From positions 11,713,812 to 11,777,811 of the forward strand of contig NC_092675.1 of assembly GCF_964355755.1 (NCBI RefSeq): a stretch of 64,000 nucleotides of DNA, given 5' to 3'. How positions within the stretch are numbered: the first letter of the stretch is position 1; the number at the start of each line of letters is the position of its first letter. The notes below the pieces were generated by a model. That model was not told the origin of the DNA, ran no database searches, and saw nothing but the letters and a program-made list of their open reading frames with translations. The position numbers were made by a program, and so were the translations under genes. Below, piece after piece: positions 11,723-22,925 of this stretch. The DNA comes from Antedon mediterranea. Taxonomy: Eukaryota; Animalia; Echinodermata.

Positions 11723-13138
11723 GCCTAAATAATTAAAATAATGTAACATTTCCAAACTCATTTGGGTCAGCTGTCACATGAAAGGCAGTGTTGCAACTAG
11801 AGTAGACATAAGCCTAAGCCTAAAAATGACACAATTTGAAACGGCCATAGCTCAAAAATTCAACCATCACCTCTCGACCATTACTATGTTATAACATTCA
11901 CAGATAACTAAATTATCATGCAGTACCAAAGAATTAGAGTGAAAATTACATTTTTTAAAGATACGGACAAACAAACATGTACCTAATTTGGAAATGTCAC
12001 TCACGTGCGTAAATTGGTCTATGCTTGTAATTTATGGTCTACCCTTCCATTAATTTTCAGCGTTACATTCCTTCTTAAAAACAAAACGACAACGTGCTTG
12101 TTTCATCCAGGGACTCTTTAATGAATATTCATATTTTTAGCGACCCTTTATTTTTTTATCTCATTCTCATTGGCTGTTTAAAACATGTCTTTAAATGACG
12201 TTTGACTCCACTCTGCACACGTGGATTTGTAAGTAATTGTTTATGTATTGTTACTCCAGCGATACGACTTGTAACGTTGAGGGCGCATGACTTAATTCGT
12301 ATGTTTGAAACAGCTGTGTAATGGAGAAGTTTTTTAAAAAATGACCGGAAATGCCTGTTTTGACCTTTGACCATAAATTTGTACATAAGCGAAATTGGTG
12401 TCAAAATACTCAGAAGACCCATATTTATATTCATTATAATGGAAAAGTTTTTAAAAAAATGACCGGAAATGCATGTTTTGAACTTTGACCCTAAATTTGG
12501 ATTATCTCAATATCTCATCAACGACTGGCCGTAGAGACTTCAAAGTTTTCCCAAATTATTCGGAATGCCCAACTTTCTATTTACTTTAATGAAAGAAAAA
12601 TACCAAAAACCTTTAGAAACCTTCTATTTTGACCTTTGAACTATTGACGTAGGCATATTTATTTTTATAGACATCTTGGTGATCGATAGGATACGAAATT
12701 GGTTTCAAAATTTATAACTTTGATCCTAAATTTGGGTTATCTCAACACCGCATCAACTGCTGGCCGTAGAGACTTCAAAATTGTCCTAAATTAAGCAGTG
12801 TGCCCAACTCTCTATTCACTGTAGTTAAAGAAAAATACTAAAAGCCTTTAGAAACCACCTATTTTGCCATTTGAACTATTGATCTGGCCAATACAATATT
12901 TTATATCATAATTAATATATAGAAATCTTGGTGATCGATAGGAATACATAAGCGAATTTGTTGTCAAAATATTCCAAAACACCCATGTTTTTTTACCTTT
13001 GACTTTAATCACTATATTATAATTTAATAATTTAAGTCCCAAATAGCATGATGGACATATCATACCATTCATCATGCCATGAGATGTCAAATTTATCTGA
13101 AACAGCCTAGAAAAAATGTCCGATGGACGAATAATAAT

Positions 13139-13684
13139 ACCATAAATATCAGTGTTTACCATTTTCCTTACGGGGGGGATTCAGTTCTCCGCTTATTACT
13201 AAATTATCGTCGCCCACACAATGTGCATGGTATGCATGTATTAGCGCGTTAATTAATGATTGGATAACCCCTGCAGTGGACTGTTCCATTTTCTGAACTA
13301 GTCTTCGCCGCACACGAGGCATGTCGAAAAATGTCGCCTCTCATGGAATATTTGCTTCGAAACGTCAATTTTACCGATTTATTAAATTATTTAATAAGTG
13401 GAATATTTATAAATCTACTATATAAAGCAAGTACGTTAGGAAGAAATGTACCGAAGAAATTTAAGAAGCTTTGATTTTGCTATGCAGCGGCCGTAAGCCA
13501 TTCTATGTAGGCGGCCGAAACGCGCTTTGGCCTGTGTTGCCGTTGTATGTCTACGCTGTTTCTAGGCCTAAATTTTATTCCGTATATTTCAATTCAAAGT
13601 GCAACTTTCGGTTAGAATAATCGAAAGGGAAATAAAATTAAACATGCTACAATTATACCATTGAGGTAATTACTTTGTTAAATA
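13139..13684. repeat. Inverted copy of 5930-6462
   Basis: Direct reverse-complement match. Confidence 0.9.
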
Positions 13685-14063
13685 AAAAATTTCTTCCCGA
13701 TATTTCTTAGGCAGAATTTAGCGTCAGGCTTTTATTTAGATCTTGCTAGCTAGGGGCCTATCTTAACTTGTAGTAGGCGCGGCCGAGTCTACGTTCGGCC
13801 CGGCGCTCCAAATGGAATCGAACACATAATAAGCACGGGCTTAATTCTTATTTTTGGCGGTTCGAAAATCAATTTAAATAACATATGATTATAAATATAA
13901 CTTTAAATACTAGAATTATTAAAAAAATGTATACTTACGAAAAATAATATTTAATGAAAAGAAACAATACCCACACAGTTTTTTAACGCAATATTTTTTT
14001 TTTTCACATTTTAACATTTTTTAACAATATTTTATGTTGTATTTCAGAATTACCGAGACGGGT

Positions 14064-14625
14064 TGGTGAATTTTGTCCAAGATGGGGAAATTTCTGTCCA
14101 GAATGGGGAAATATTTTGTCCAGAATAAGGACAAAAGCGATAGGTGGCGCTATAATCGTGTCCAAGATGGGGAAGCTGTCCAATATAGAGAAATCCGATT
14201 TGTCCAAAATGGGGAAATTTCTGTCCAAGATGGGGAAGTGGTGGCGCTATATCGTGTCCAAAATGGGGAAATTTCTGTCCAGGATGGGGAAGTGGTGGCG
14301 CTATATCGTGTCCAAAATGGGGAAATTTCTGTCCGGGATGGGGAAGTGGTGGCGCTATATCGTGTCCAAAATGGGGACATTTCTGTCCAGGATGGGCTTA
14401 TGCTGTGTCAAAAATAGGCAGCTGTCCATATAGAGAAATCAGATTTGTCCAAAATGGGGAAATTTCTGTCCAGGATGGGGAAATTTCTGTCCAGAATGGG
14501 GAAGTGCTGTGTCCAAGATGGTGAAGCTGTCCAATATAGAGAAATCCGATTTGTCCAAAATAAAGACATTTCTGTCCAAAATGGGGAAGTGCTGTGTCTA
14601 AAATAGGGAAGCTGTACAATATAGA
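14064..14625. repeat. Left subterminal inverted repeat of the Zisupton, built of ~20-bp/60-bp units
   Basis: Repeated tgtcca(a/g)(a/g)atgggga motif; 60-bp unit present 3 times. Confidence 0.9.
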
Positions 14626-14799
14626 GAAGGCAAAACATTAACACAACATAAGAAACTTTTTTTTGTTTTAAAAACTTTAATTAAGTTCACACTTCTAATC
14701 TGAAAACATTACAAAATGTACACAATAATAACAGTACTATGTTAACACTTTAAAAGTACATTTGAAGTGGAAAAGTGTTCTATTAATTAAATAATTAAC

Positions 14800-16690
14800 A
14801 CCGTTATCAGCTAATTTTAAGTATAATAAACATTTAGTGAGGGATGTGGTTCCAATTTACTTCTAAAGTAAATTTTCACTGAATGTATACATTTATCTGA
14901 CGTTAAAAACTACAGTATATTATATTAAATTCCAACCATAAAAACCACAACAGAAAGTAGTACCGTCACCGCCCTTATTATACCACATCAAGAAAGAGTA
15001 CAGGATATTTATTACTATAATTAATACAGGTTGTCACTTTTTTTTTTATCATCTACCAATTTCTTTTTATTTCCTTCTCTATCTCTACCTTTTTATCTTT
15101 TTTTAAACCTTTTTTTCGACCACAGACCACGAGTATTAATCTATCGTCCCACAGGTAAAATTCAGGCTCAAAATAGGCTCTTATCCCCTTAAAATAATTA
15201 CGGTACTCAGCCTGGAAACAGTTTCAAAGTACAGGTTGGTAAATATGACACCTTTATCAGCTATTTTTAAGTATAATGAACATTTATTGAGTGAAATGGT
15301 TCCAATTTACCTCTAAAGTAAATTTTCACTGATTCTATACATTTTTATCTAACGTTAAAAACTACAGTATATTATATTAAATTCCAACCATAAAAACCAC
15401 AACAGAAAGTAGTACCGGCACCGACATCATTATACCACATCAAGAAAGCGTACATGATATTTATTAATATAATTAATACAGGTTGTCGCTTCTTTTCCTT
15501 CTTTTTATCCTTTTTCTTTTTTTATTTTTTTCTTTATTTTTTAAATATTTTTTTTACCACAGACCGCGGGTATTAACCTTGAGTTATTATAGTAACTCAA
15601 TGGTTTAAAATCAAACGTACACGCTGAATCATTAATTTCCAACTATAAACAAAGTAATATCATTGACAAATCGAGCTATATTTGGCCTAATTTTTCTCAT
15701 TTTACAATAGTATACGAGTGTTTGCATATTAGTAACATTAGTGCTTTAATTGCGTTATTTCCTACTCCAAATAGGCATAGTTTAGGGCTAATGATTATGT
15801 TGATATTAAAATATGATTACAGCCAGTGCTTTGCATTTTCTGTAAGGTTTATCATGCTCAATTAGATTTATTTTTTTGGTTAAATTTCTCTCAAAAACTT
15901 TGTGTCTATACAAATGTTATTAGTGAGCAACTATTCTATCAATGTGTATTCCTTTAAATTTACCAGGGAGTGAATTGTTATGCTGATTTATTATGTCTAC
16001 TTATGTTAATCGTTAAAAACTACTGTATATTATATTAAATTCCAACCATAAAAACCACAAAAGAAAGTAGTACCACATCAAGAAAGAGTAGGCCTACAGG
16101 ATATTTATTAATATAATTAATACAGATTGTCCCTTCTTTTCCTTCTTTTTATCCTTTTTATTTTTTTATTTTTTTCTTTATTTGTTTTTTATTTTTTTTT
16201 TTGTATTTATTTTTTTTTTTACCACAGACCGCGGGTATTAATCTACAGTCACATGCAGTAATTCCACATAGAATTTCGACCACATGATGGAATCCTTGAG
16301 TTATTATAGTAACTCAATGGTTTAAAATCAAACGTACACGCCAACTCATTAATTTCCAGCTATAAACAAAGTGATATCATTGACAAATCGTGTGTCTGCA
16401 TATTAGTAACATAGTATTAATTAGTGCTTTAATTGCGTTATTTCCTACTCCAAATAGGCATAGTTTAGGGCTAATAATTATGTTGATATTAAAATACGAT
16501 TACAGCCAGTGCTTCGCATATTCTGTAAGGTTTATCATGCTCAATTAGATTTATTTTTTTGGTTAAATTTCTCTCAAAAACTTTGTGTCTATACAAATGT
16601 TATTAGTGAGCAACTATTCTGTCAATGTGTATTCCTTTAAATTTACCAGGGAGTGAATTGCTGTGCTGATTTATTATGGCTACTGATGTT
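14800..16690. repeat. Internal duplications downstream of and including the ORF 3' end
   Basis: aaattccaaccataaaaaccacaa block at ~14927, ~15379 and ~16037; ~15578-16000 duplicates ~16295-16684, including the last ~27 codons of the ORF. Confidence 0.85.
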
Positions 16691-19600
16691 CTTCCCATTT
16701 TCATGAAAACTTTCCCATGCTGCCGGTCATCTCTAATTCCATCAAGAAAAATTTTCATATGGATCATTTCATGAGCCATAGTATTAAGCAATTCACTCGT
16801 CGAATCTGCAGCATTTTTACTATTAATATTTATTATTGATGAGGAACCAATTCTATTCTTATGCAATTGAAGTGTTTCTCCGTAAACATTACCTAAAGGT
16901 ACAAGAAACACATGATCCTCGGCCTTGGGTAACTTTCCCAAGTATACAATAGTATTTATGTAGTTGTAGAGCGAATGTATGTCCTTAACCATCTGTTGGT
17001 CTTGCTTGTGGGTCTCTCTTCTTGCTTCGGTTCGTAACCGCTCTTGTTGATCATATATTTTCTTTTTATGAGTACATCTTTCGCACATGGCATTTGTTAT
17101 GCATTCCTTATGATAAGGCTTGTGGCATGTAGAGCAGTTGATGACTTCTGGAGTGATAGGTGTGTTGCAGCAGTTTGTCAGAGGTATTGCGGACATCCTT
17201 GATGCAGGGGCATTGTGGCAGTTATCCTTTTCTAAATATCCACGCAAATCTCCCTTCTCAAATGCTTCAACAAGCTTTCGCCTAACAACCCTCTCGTCTT
17301 CTTCAAATCGTAGTGTTGATGGATCTTTTCCTGCACACAGTGCAGCAGCAAATGCTATACAAAAATGGCCACAAGTGTTACTTGCATAAGGTTGTTGCTG
17401 TACACCATGTACGTGAAAATTCATGTTGGGAACGCCGGGTTCCATCAACTTGCATGCTACCTGAGTCAATTCTAATGGGTAATTTCTTGGATTCAATGTC
17501 TGTAAACTATCGTACACATCGACGTTACTATTGGTAAGTTGTTGGTACCAATGCTTGTCTGATATTGTAATCCAGTGCGAGTTTCTCAGGTTTATAAATT
17601 GTACATATTGTGTAGTCTTGACAAAATTGTGCATTTGCTGTTGATAGATGGTGTCTTGTAATCCACGTGTTTCTGGATAGTTTCTCTTTAGAATTATGTT
17701 GGCGGCATTTATAATCCTATCATCTACCTCATTATGTCTCTCTTCTACAAGCTTTTTATGGTGTAACCTTAGTTGGTATTCCTCCAGCCACCAGTCATTG
17801 GGTTCATCAGTCGTTTGTACTACAACATTTGACTTGGGCGTTGAAATAATCAGTCTTCCAAGACTATCTTTCGTTGTTTTCAGACCGAACGACTTGTTAA
17901 TGTACTTAATATGGTTGCCATTTAATTTATTATTTCGACGGTGTACTAAGGATTTTACCATAAATAAATGATTCGCTATTGACATTTCATTTAAAAAATG
18001 CTTGGACTTATTTAATTCGGAATAAAATTGTTCTGCAACTTGTGTATTTGTTTTAGACTTCAATTGTGGTACAAAATTAATTTTCCGCAAAATTTCAGTT
18101 TCACTGTTTGTGTTAGCCTCATGAAATCGGTCAAAAAGCGCGTACGTGCTGCTTTGTCCAGTTACAGGATGCCCGGTTTCCGACGTCGCACGAAGCCCAT
18201 TAAGCCATGGCATGTCCATTAATAAAGTATTAGCTTTTGCACACCGAATATTCTCCTCTGTAGAATCAGCTACTCTTCCTTCGAACGGAAAGAACATTGG
18301 CTCTGTTTGACCATCATAATGCAAATTGTTACCAAATTTTGCAACAATGTGTGCCATGTCCACAATTATTATATTTGGCTTATGTTTCATCGACATGATT
18401 ATGTCTGTGTAATCTCGAGGCGATTCTGCTCGTAGGACAAACTTAATTCCGTAGACTACTCCATGGGGACAATGTGATGTTAATATTCCCCCGGAACACC
18501 CCCAGATTTTCTTCATTATTTTATTGAAATTATTATGGTTCTTGGCTAAAGCCTCCCTTATACTACAAATAATGTCCAACTTACTTCCCTTTGATGCAAG
18601 ATTGATAGTTTTAGCTATTTTCTTGACTTCCTTAACAGTAGATTGGTGGAGCATCTCAAAAAGTCTCTCCTTACTCATATGTCTGCAGTCAGCAGTCAAG
18701 TTACCGTCTTCTGAAACTTTCCTGAATTCTGTGTTGTAAATTAAATTGTCTTTTCTTGTATGCTCACCGATAAACGGAGACCATTCGTTCAGACCAGCCG
18801 TTATTGGAAAAGGATTTACTGCTGACTGATGCATGAGGCCTCTAGATAGTATATGCAAACTAACTCGTTCATAAAATTCTATGCAATCTACTTTTTCTTT
18901 ACATTTATGAGGCTTGCCAAGTTCAGACAAAGCTGTCCTAAAATGAACCTTTCTGTTCACATCCATGATCATTATTGTGGGATGGTAACCACATATATTG
19001 CAATGCATATCTTCATTGATGTTTGATTGAGCTTCAAATGCTAAATAAGCATTCAACACCAATGTTTGATCAATTTCTATGCCCGATGTTTCGCATATCT
19101 GCTTAACAATGCTACCAGTAGCTATGTGATGATCCACGCCTGACCTAAGCCATAGGCAAACATCAAATCCAATACAAAATGAATCATTATAGTTATAAAT
19201 ACCAAGTTCATAATCCTTGTAATGGTAAGTCATTGAACATTGTGGGCACTTTTTGTGATACACTAATATATCGTGCAAGCCATTCATTGAAAGGAGCCTT
19301 CCAGTTCGATATGCTTTTTGAGGTGGACCTAAATTAACATTGCATTTCTGACATACTTTTTCTGACGGAACGACCTCTTTAGACCACATTCCGGTTTTTG
19401 GAATAAACTCCTTGATCTGCAATGGGATTCGTTTATGGTTGAAAATGTATATAGCTTCGTCTTTAGCCTGATCCGTGACCGTTTTGCTATTATTGTCAGT
19501 TTGTTGTGTTTGTTCGGTTTCATTTGACTTTATGATTGAATCTTGTGATAAACGCCAAAGGCACATGCCTTTATGTACACATGGAACTTTGCGTTTGCAG

Positions 19601-20619
19601 CATTTGCAGTCAATTGCTTTCGTTTTAGCATCATATGTACATACTACCCGTTCAAGCTGTGCATAATAGTGACTTTCGCCCTCAAAGACCGACAGATGCT
19701 GGTAACGTCCATCACTAAAGTAGGCTACAGGTGGTGTGTTATGGTATTTTGCCAAATCATTTAAGGTCTTACATTTTTCAATTGTACTAGATGACAAAGC
19801 TTTAAATGACCCTGAAACAGATAAATTTTCTAGAAAAATCTCGTCTAATGGAGTGAACGAACTATATACCGCCCGTGAAGCTTCTTGTAGATGTTGGCAT
19901 TCAAAAACAGGCAAGCCGCTTGCTCCTGCAACATCCATGATAACACGACAATCTGTTAATTCACAGAAAGAAAACCTTGGATTTGGACCTATATTGGTTT
20001 TCTGGACATGACAGGGGTATGCAACACCACCATGGGAGCTCCTTCTAACAAGGAATATTCCTTTATTTACATCTATACAGATTCCTGTAACTTTGTTGGG
20101 TTTAGGTTTTTTGTTTTTTCCATATTCCATCTCATATTTTCGCTTTGAAGAGGGATCTTTACTATTGCATGTGTTATTGTCTTCCTTCCCTTCTTGTTCA
20201 TCAGTAGCTGTTTCATTTATTTTGGTGTTACTATCTGCATTTTCTTTGATGTTCGTTTGCTTGTTTCCTTTATCAACATTGGTTTCACAGAAATCATGAT
20301 TTTTACTTTCATTACATTCAAATCTATGAGTATCACGTAGGTGTTTCAGCATCCTGTCTCTTCTACACATTATTTTATTACACTCCGGGCAATGATAGTG
20401 ATACCTATCAGTGTCCGTCTGGGGCTCATGTGGAAGTTTGCATGCTATTATCAGGAAAATGCCATAATTAATTCCATGATTTAAATGTTTTGTTTTTATA
20501 TGTCTTTTTAACTTTGATTTAAACTTCCAATTGTTTAGCACACAATAATGGCATGAATGACTATCTGCTATCTCATTAATTATCCTATCTGTATCTATTA
20601 ACTTTATGGAAAATGCCAT
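16603..20619 (-). CDS. Zisupton/KDZ transposase polyprotein (~1338 aa from the first ATG): C2H2 fingers, SWIM, CxC-like, SAP, KDZ core, Ulp1/C48 protease, PHD-like finger, SprT-like metalloprotease
   Basis: Uninterrupted ORF. Motifs: CPECNK...LKHLRDTH; CKCCKRKVPCVH (SWIM); TVKEVKKIAKTINLASKGSKLDII (SAP); GGILTSHCPHGVVYGIKF..AESPRD, IIVDMAH, DRFHE, NTQVAEQ (KDZ/HMGXB3-like); HWITI..VYDSL..QQQ..TCGHF (C48 triad); AHEMIH..HGKVF (SprT-like). ATG in accATGg context at 20619. Confidence 0.92.
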   Translation of the reverse strand: MAFSIKLIDTDRIINEIADSHSCHYCVLNNWKFKSKLKRHIKTKHLNHGINYGIFLIIACKLPHEPQTDTDRYHYHCPECNKIMCRRDRMLKHLRDTHRFECNESKNHDFCETNVDKGNKQTNIKENADSNTKINETATDEQEGKEDNNTCNSKDPSSKRKYEMEYGKNKKPKPNKVTGICIDVNKGIFLVRRSSHGGVAYPCHVQKTNIGPNPRFSFCELTDCRVIMDVAGASGLPVFECQHLQEASRAVYSSFTPLDEIFLENLSVSGSFKALSSSTIEKCKTLNDLAKYHNTPPVAYFSDGRYQHLSVFEGESHYYAQLERVVCTYDAKTKAIDCKCCKRKVPCVHKGMCLWRLSQDSIIKSNETEQTQQTDNNSKTVTDQAKDEAIYIFNHKRIPLQIKEFIPKTGMWSKEVVPSEKVCQKCNVNLGPPQKAYRTGRLLSMNGLHDILVYHKKCPQCSMTYHYKDYELGIYNYNDSFCIGFDVCLWLRSGVDHHIATGSIVKQICETSGIEIDQTLVLNAYLAFEAQSNINEDMHCNICGYHPTIMIMDVNRKVHFRTALSELGKPHKCKEKVDCIEFYERVSLHILSRGLMHQSAVNPFPITAGLNEWSPFIGEHTRKDNLIYNTEFRKVSEDGNLTADCRHMSKERLFEMLHQSTVKEVKKIAKTINLASKGSKLDIICSIREALAKNHNNFNKIMKKIWGCSGGILTSHCPHGVVYGIKFVLRAESPRDYTDIIMSMKHKPNIIIVDMAHIVAKFGNNLHYDGQTEPMFFPFEGRVADSTEENIRCAKANTLLMDMPWLNGLRATSETGHPVTGQSSTYALFDRFHEANTNSETEILRKINFVPQLKSKTNTQVAEQFYSELNKSKHFLNEMSIANHLFMVKSLVHRRNNKLNGNHIKYINKSFGLKTTKDSLGRLIISTPKSNVVVQTTDEPNDWWLEEYQLRLHHKKLVEERHNEVDDRIINAANIILKRNYPETRGLQDTIYQQQMHNFVKTTQYVQFINLRNSHWITISDKHWYQQLTNSNVDVYDSLQTLNPRNYPLELTQVACKLMEPGVPNMNFHVHGVQQQPYASNTCGHFCIAFAAALCAGKDPSTLRFEEDERVVRRKLVEAFEKGDLRGYLEKDNCHNAPASRMSAIPLTNCCNTPITPEVINCSTCHKPYHKECITNAMCERCTHKKKIYDQQERLRTEARRETHKQDQQMVKDIHSLYNYINTIVYLGKLPKAEDHVFLVPLGNVYGETLQLHKNRIGSSSIININSKNAADSTSELLNTMAHEMIHMKIFLDGIRDDRQHGKVFMKMGRTSVAIINQHSNSLPGKFKGIHIDRIVAH

Positions 20620-21989
20620 GGTGTTTATACAATTAAAATTAACAATAGAGTAGAAATCAATAAACAATCAATGATTACAGTAGCCTATTCAATACAAACA
20701 TTACATTACAAAATGTACCGGTACTGACAAGTGTTCCTCTTGCAAAACTTTATCAGTGGCCCTACGAATAACAAATAACCAATCAAAAGCACCTGTTAAT
20801 ACAAAAAAAACAATGAAAATGATGTGACTACTTATTCTAATAAAATTACATAGAATTGTAATAAAATGAAAATATTTTACTAGGATATGGATTTATTTAT
20901 TATTTTATCATCAGGTTACGGTGATTGTTTTTTTATTTCAAAGTAAAATACTCAAATTCACGTTTATAGTTCATTAATTAAATTAATAGATCATAATTTT
21001 TTTTAATGTCACCAACCAAATATACAGTACACTCATCTTGACCAACTTAATTTACGACATGCATTTACATATTATGCAGATCGGAATATTATATCACTCT
21101 TAGATATGATAAATAATTACTGTATGTGATTTTAAACAAACTATTCTTGAAAAGACCTAATAATAAACAGTAAACAACATGTAGTTACCATTAGTACTTC
21201 GAAAATCTTATTTGGTTAATAATAGCTTTGAAAACAAGTAAAAACCAACATAAATAAAACAATCACTATTTGTAGTTGAATGACCGATGACAACAGTGTT
21301 CCGTTCTTTTTGCAAAATTGCATCAAAATCTCTTCAATGAAAAGCAGCCACACCTAATACAAAAAAATGATATAAAGTTTAGAATTTCCCAAATTGTATT
21401 GCAAAAGATAGGACATCAAACTAGTTAAGCACTTACTTTCACTACTTTTAGGCCCTGTCCTCCCATTAAAGAAAAGGGGAATACCCCCCCCCCCCCCACA
21501 CCCTCTATTTCAAAATACTGGAGTAACCACTGGCCTAACTAGGCCCGGTACCTGATGAATAATTAGTTTGCATCTTTCAGTATGCCTAATATGCGGGAGA
21601 AAATTGCAGACTTGCTATGATCAAGCCACGTGCATAGTGGAGTAACGACTAGGCCATTAAGGGCCTAGTAATTAGTGCAGCATTTTTCTTTCATTTGTAT
21701 ACATCATACATGATTATTATTATTGATTAATATGGTTCAACATACCTTGATGTGCAGACTCGATAGTAGGCCTACTGTACCATACGTCTTAAATATTAAT
21801 TGAATGCTTCCATAACTGAGACATTCCCTATATATTGGATAGTCTCTATATGCGGGAAAGATTTTCGACACGATGTAGCGCTAATCTTGACAAAAACTTT
21901 CCTCGTTTTGAACATTTCTGAATTTCTCTACATATTTGACAGTTTCTCTTTTATACAATTCGGAAAAATTGAATTTATTAGGCCTTGGA

Positions 21990-22925
21990 TACTGTAGTTT
22001 CTCTAATTTGGACACAGCACTTCTCTATTCTGGAGAAATTTGTCAAAATTATATTTTTCTGCTGAAAATTTCTCTATTTTAGAAAACACTTTGGACAAAT
22101 CGGATTTCTATATATTGGACAGTTTCTCTATTTTGGACACAGCCCTTCTCTATTCTGGACAAAATTTACCCATTTTGGACAAATCGGATTTCTCTATATT
22201 GGACAGCTTCTTTATTTTGGACACAGCACTTCCCCATCCTGGACAGAAATCCCCATTTTGGACCAATCGGATTTCTCTATATTGGACAGCTTCGCTATTT
22301 TAGACACAGTATTTCCCCATTCTGGACAGAAATTTCTTCATTTTGGACAAATCGGATTTCTCTATATTGGACAGCTTCTCTATTTATGACACAGCATTTC
22401 CCCATCCTGTACAGAAATGTCCCCATTTTGGACACAATATAGCGCCACCACTTCCCCATCCTGGACAGAAATTTCCCCATTTTGGACAAATCTGATTTCT
22501 CTATATGGACAGCTTGCCTATTTTTGACACAGCATAAGCCCATCCTGGACAGAAATGTCCCCATTTTGGACACGATATAGCGCCACCACTTCCCCATCCT
22601 GGACAGAAATGTCCCCATTTTGGACACGATATAGCGCCACCACTTCCCCATCCTGGACAGAAATTTCCCCATTTTGGACACGATATAGCGCCACCACTTC
22701 CCCATCCTGGACAGAAATTTCCCCATTTTGGACACGATATAGCGCCACCACTTCCCCATCTTGGACAGAAATTTCCCCATTTTGGACAAATCGGATTTCT
22801 CTATATTGGACAGCTTCCCCATCTTGGACACGATTATAGCGCCACCTATCGCTTTTGTCCTTATTCTGGACAAAATATTTCCCCATTCTGGACAGAAATT
22901 TCCCCATCTTGGACAAAATTCACCA
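21990..22925. repeat. Right subterminal inverted repeat of the Zisupton
   Basis: Reverse complement of the left arm, with more 60-bp units and a degenerate inner extension. Confidence 0.9.

Larger units (their letters stand above)
7336..12318 (+). mobile_element. Chapaev/N-RAG-TP-like non-autonomous DNA transposon
   Basis: TAAT|CACAGCTGTTTCAA ... TTGAAACAGCTGTG|TAAT (4-bp TSD; the empty site tatattcactgtaatg is preserved in the inverted copy near 25380); second shared block aagtca(a/t)gcgccctcaa; transposase relics inside. Confidence 0.85.

Noticed and set aside
7336-12318. Bona fide ProtoRAG/RAG1L-RAG2L transposon
   Set aside because: TSD is 4 bp, the catalytic-region motif differs from RAG1 (PKLH..SEQG rather than YFHK..SEGNE), and no RAG2 kelch/PHD sequence is visible.
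14004-14644. Repetitive ORFs here and at 22040-22961
   Set aside because: They arise from stop-poor 60-bp units in the Zisupton arms and are open in several frames on both strands.
17120-20299. Short plus-strand ORFs
   Set aside because: Antisense shadows of the transposase ORF with no recognisable motifs.
16603-20619. Host HMGXB3 or SPRTN gene
   Set aside because: Intronless, no HMG box, and enclosed by inverted repeats and a TSD.
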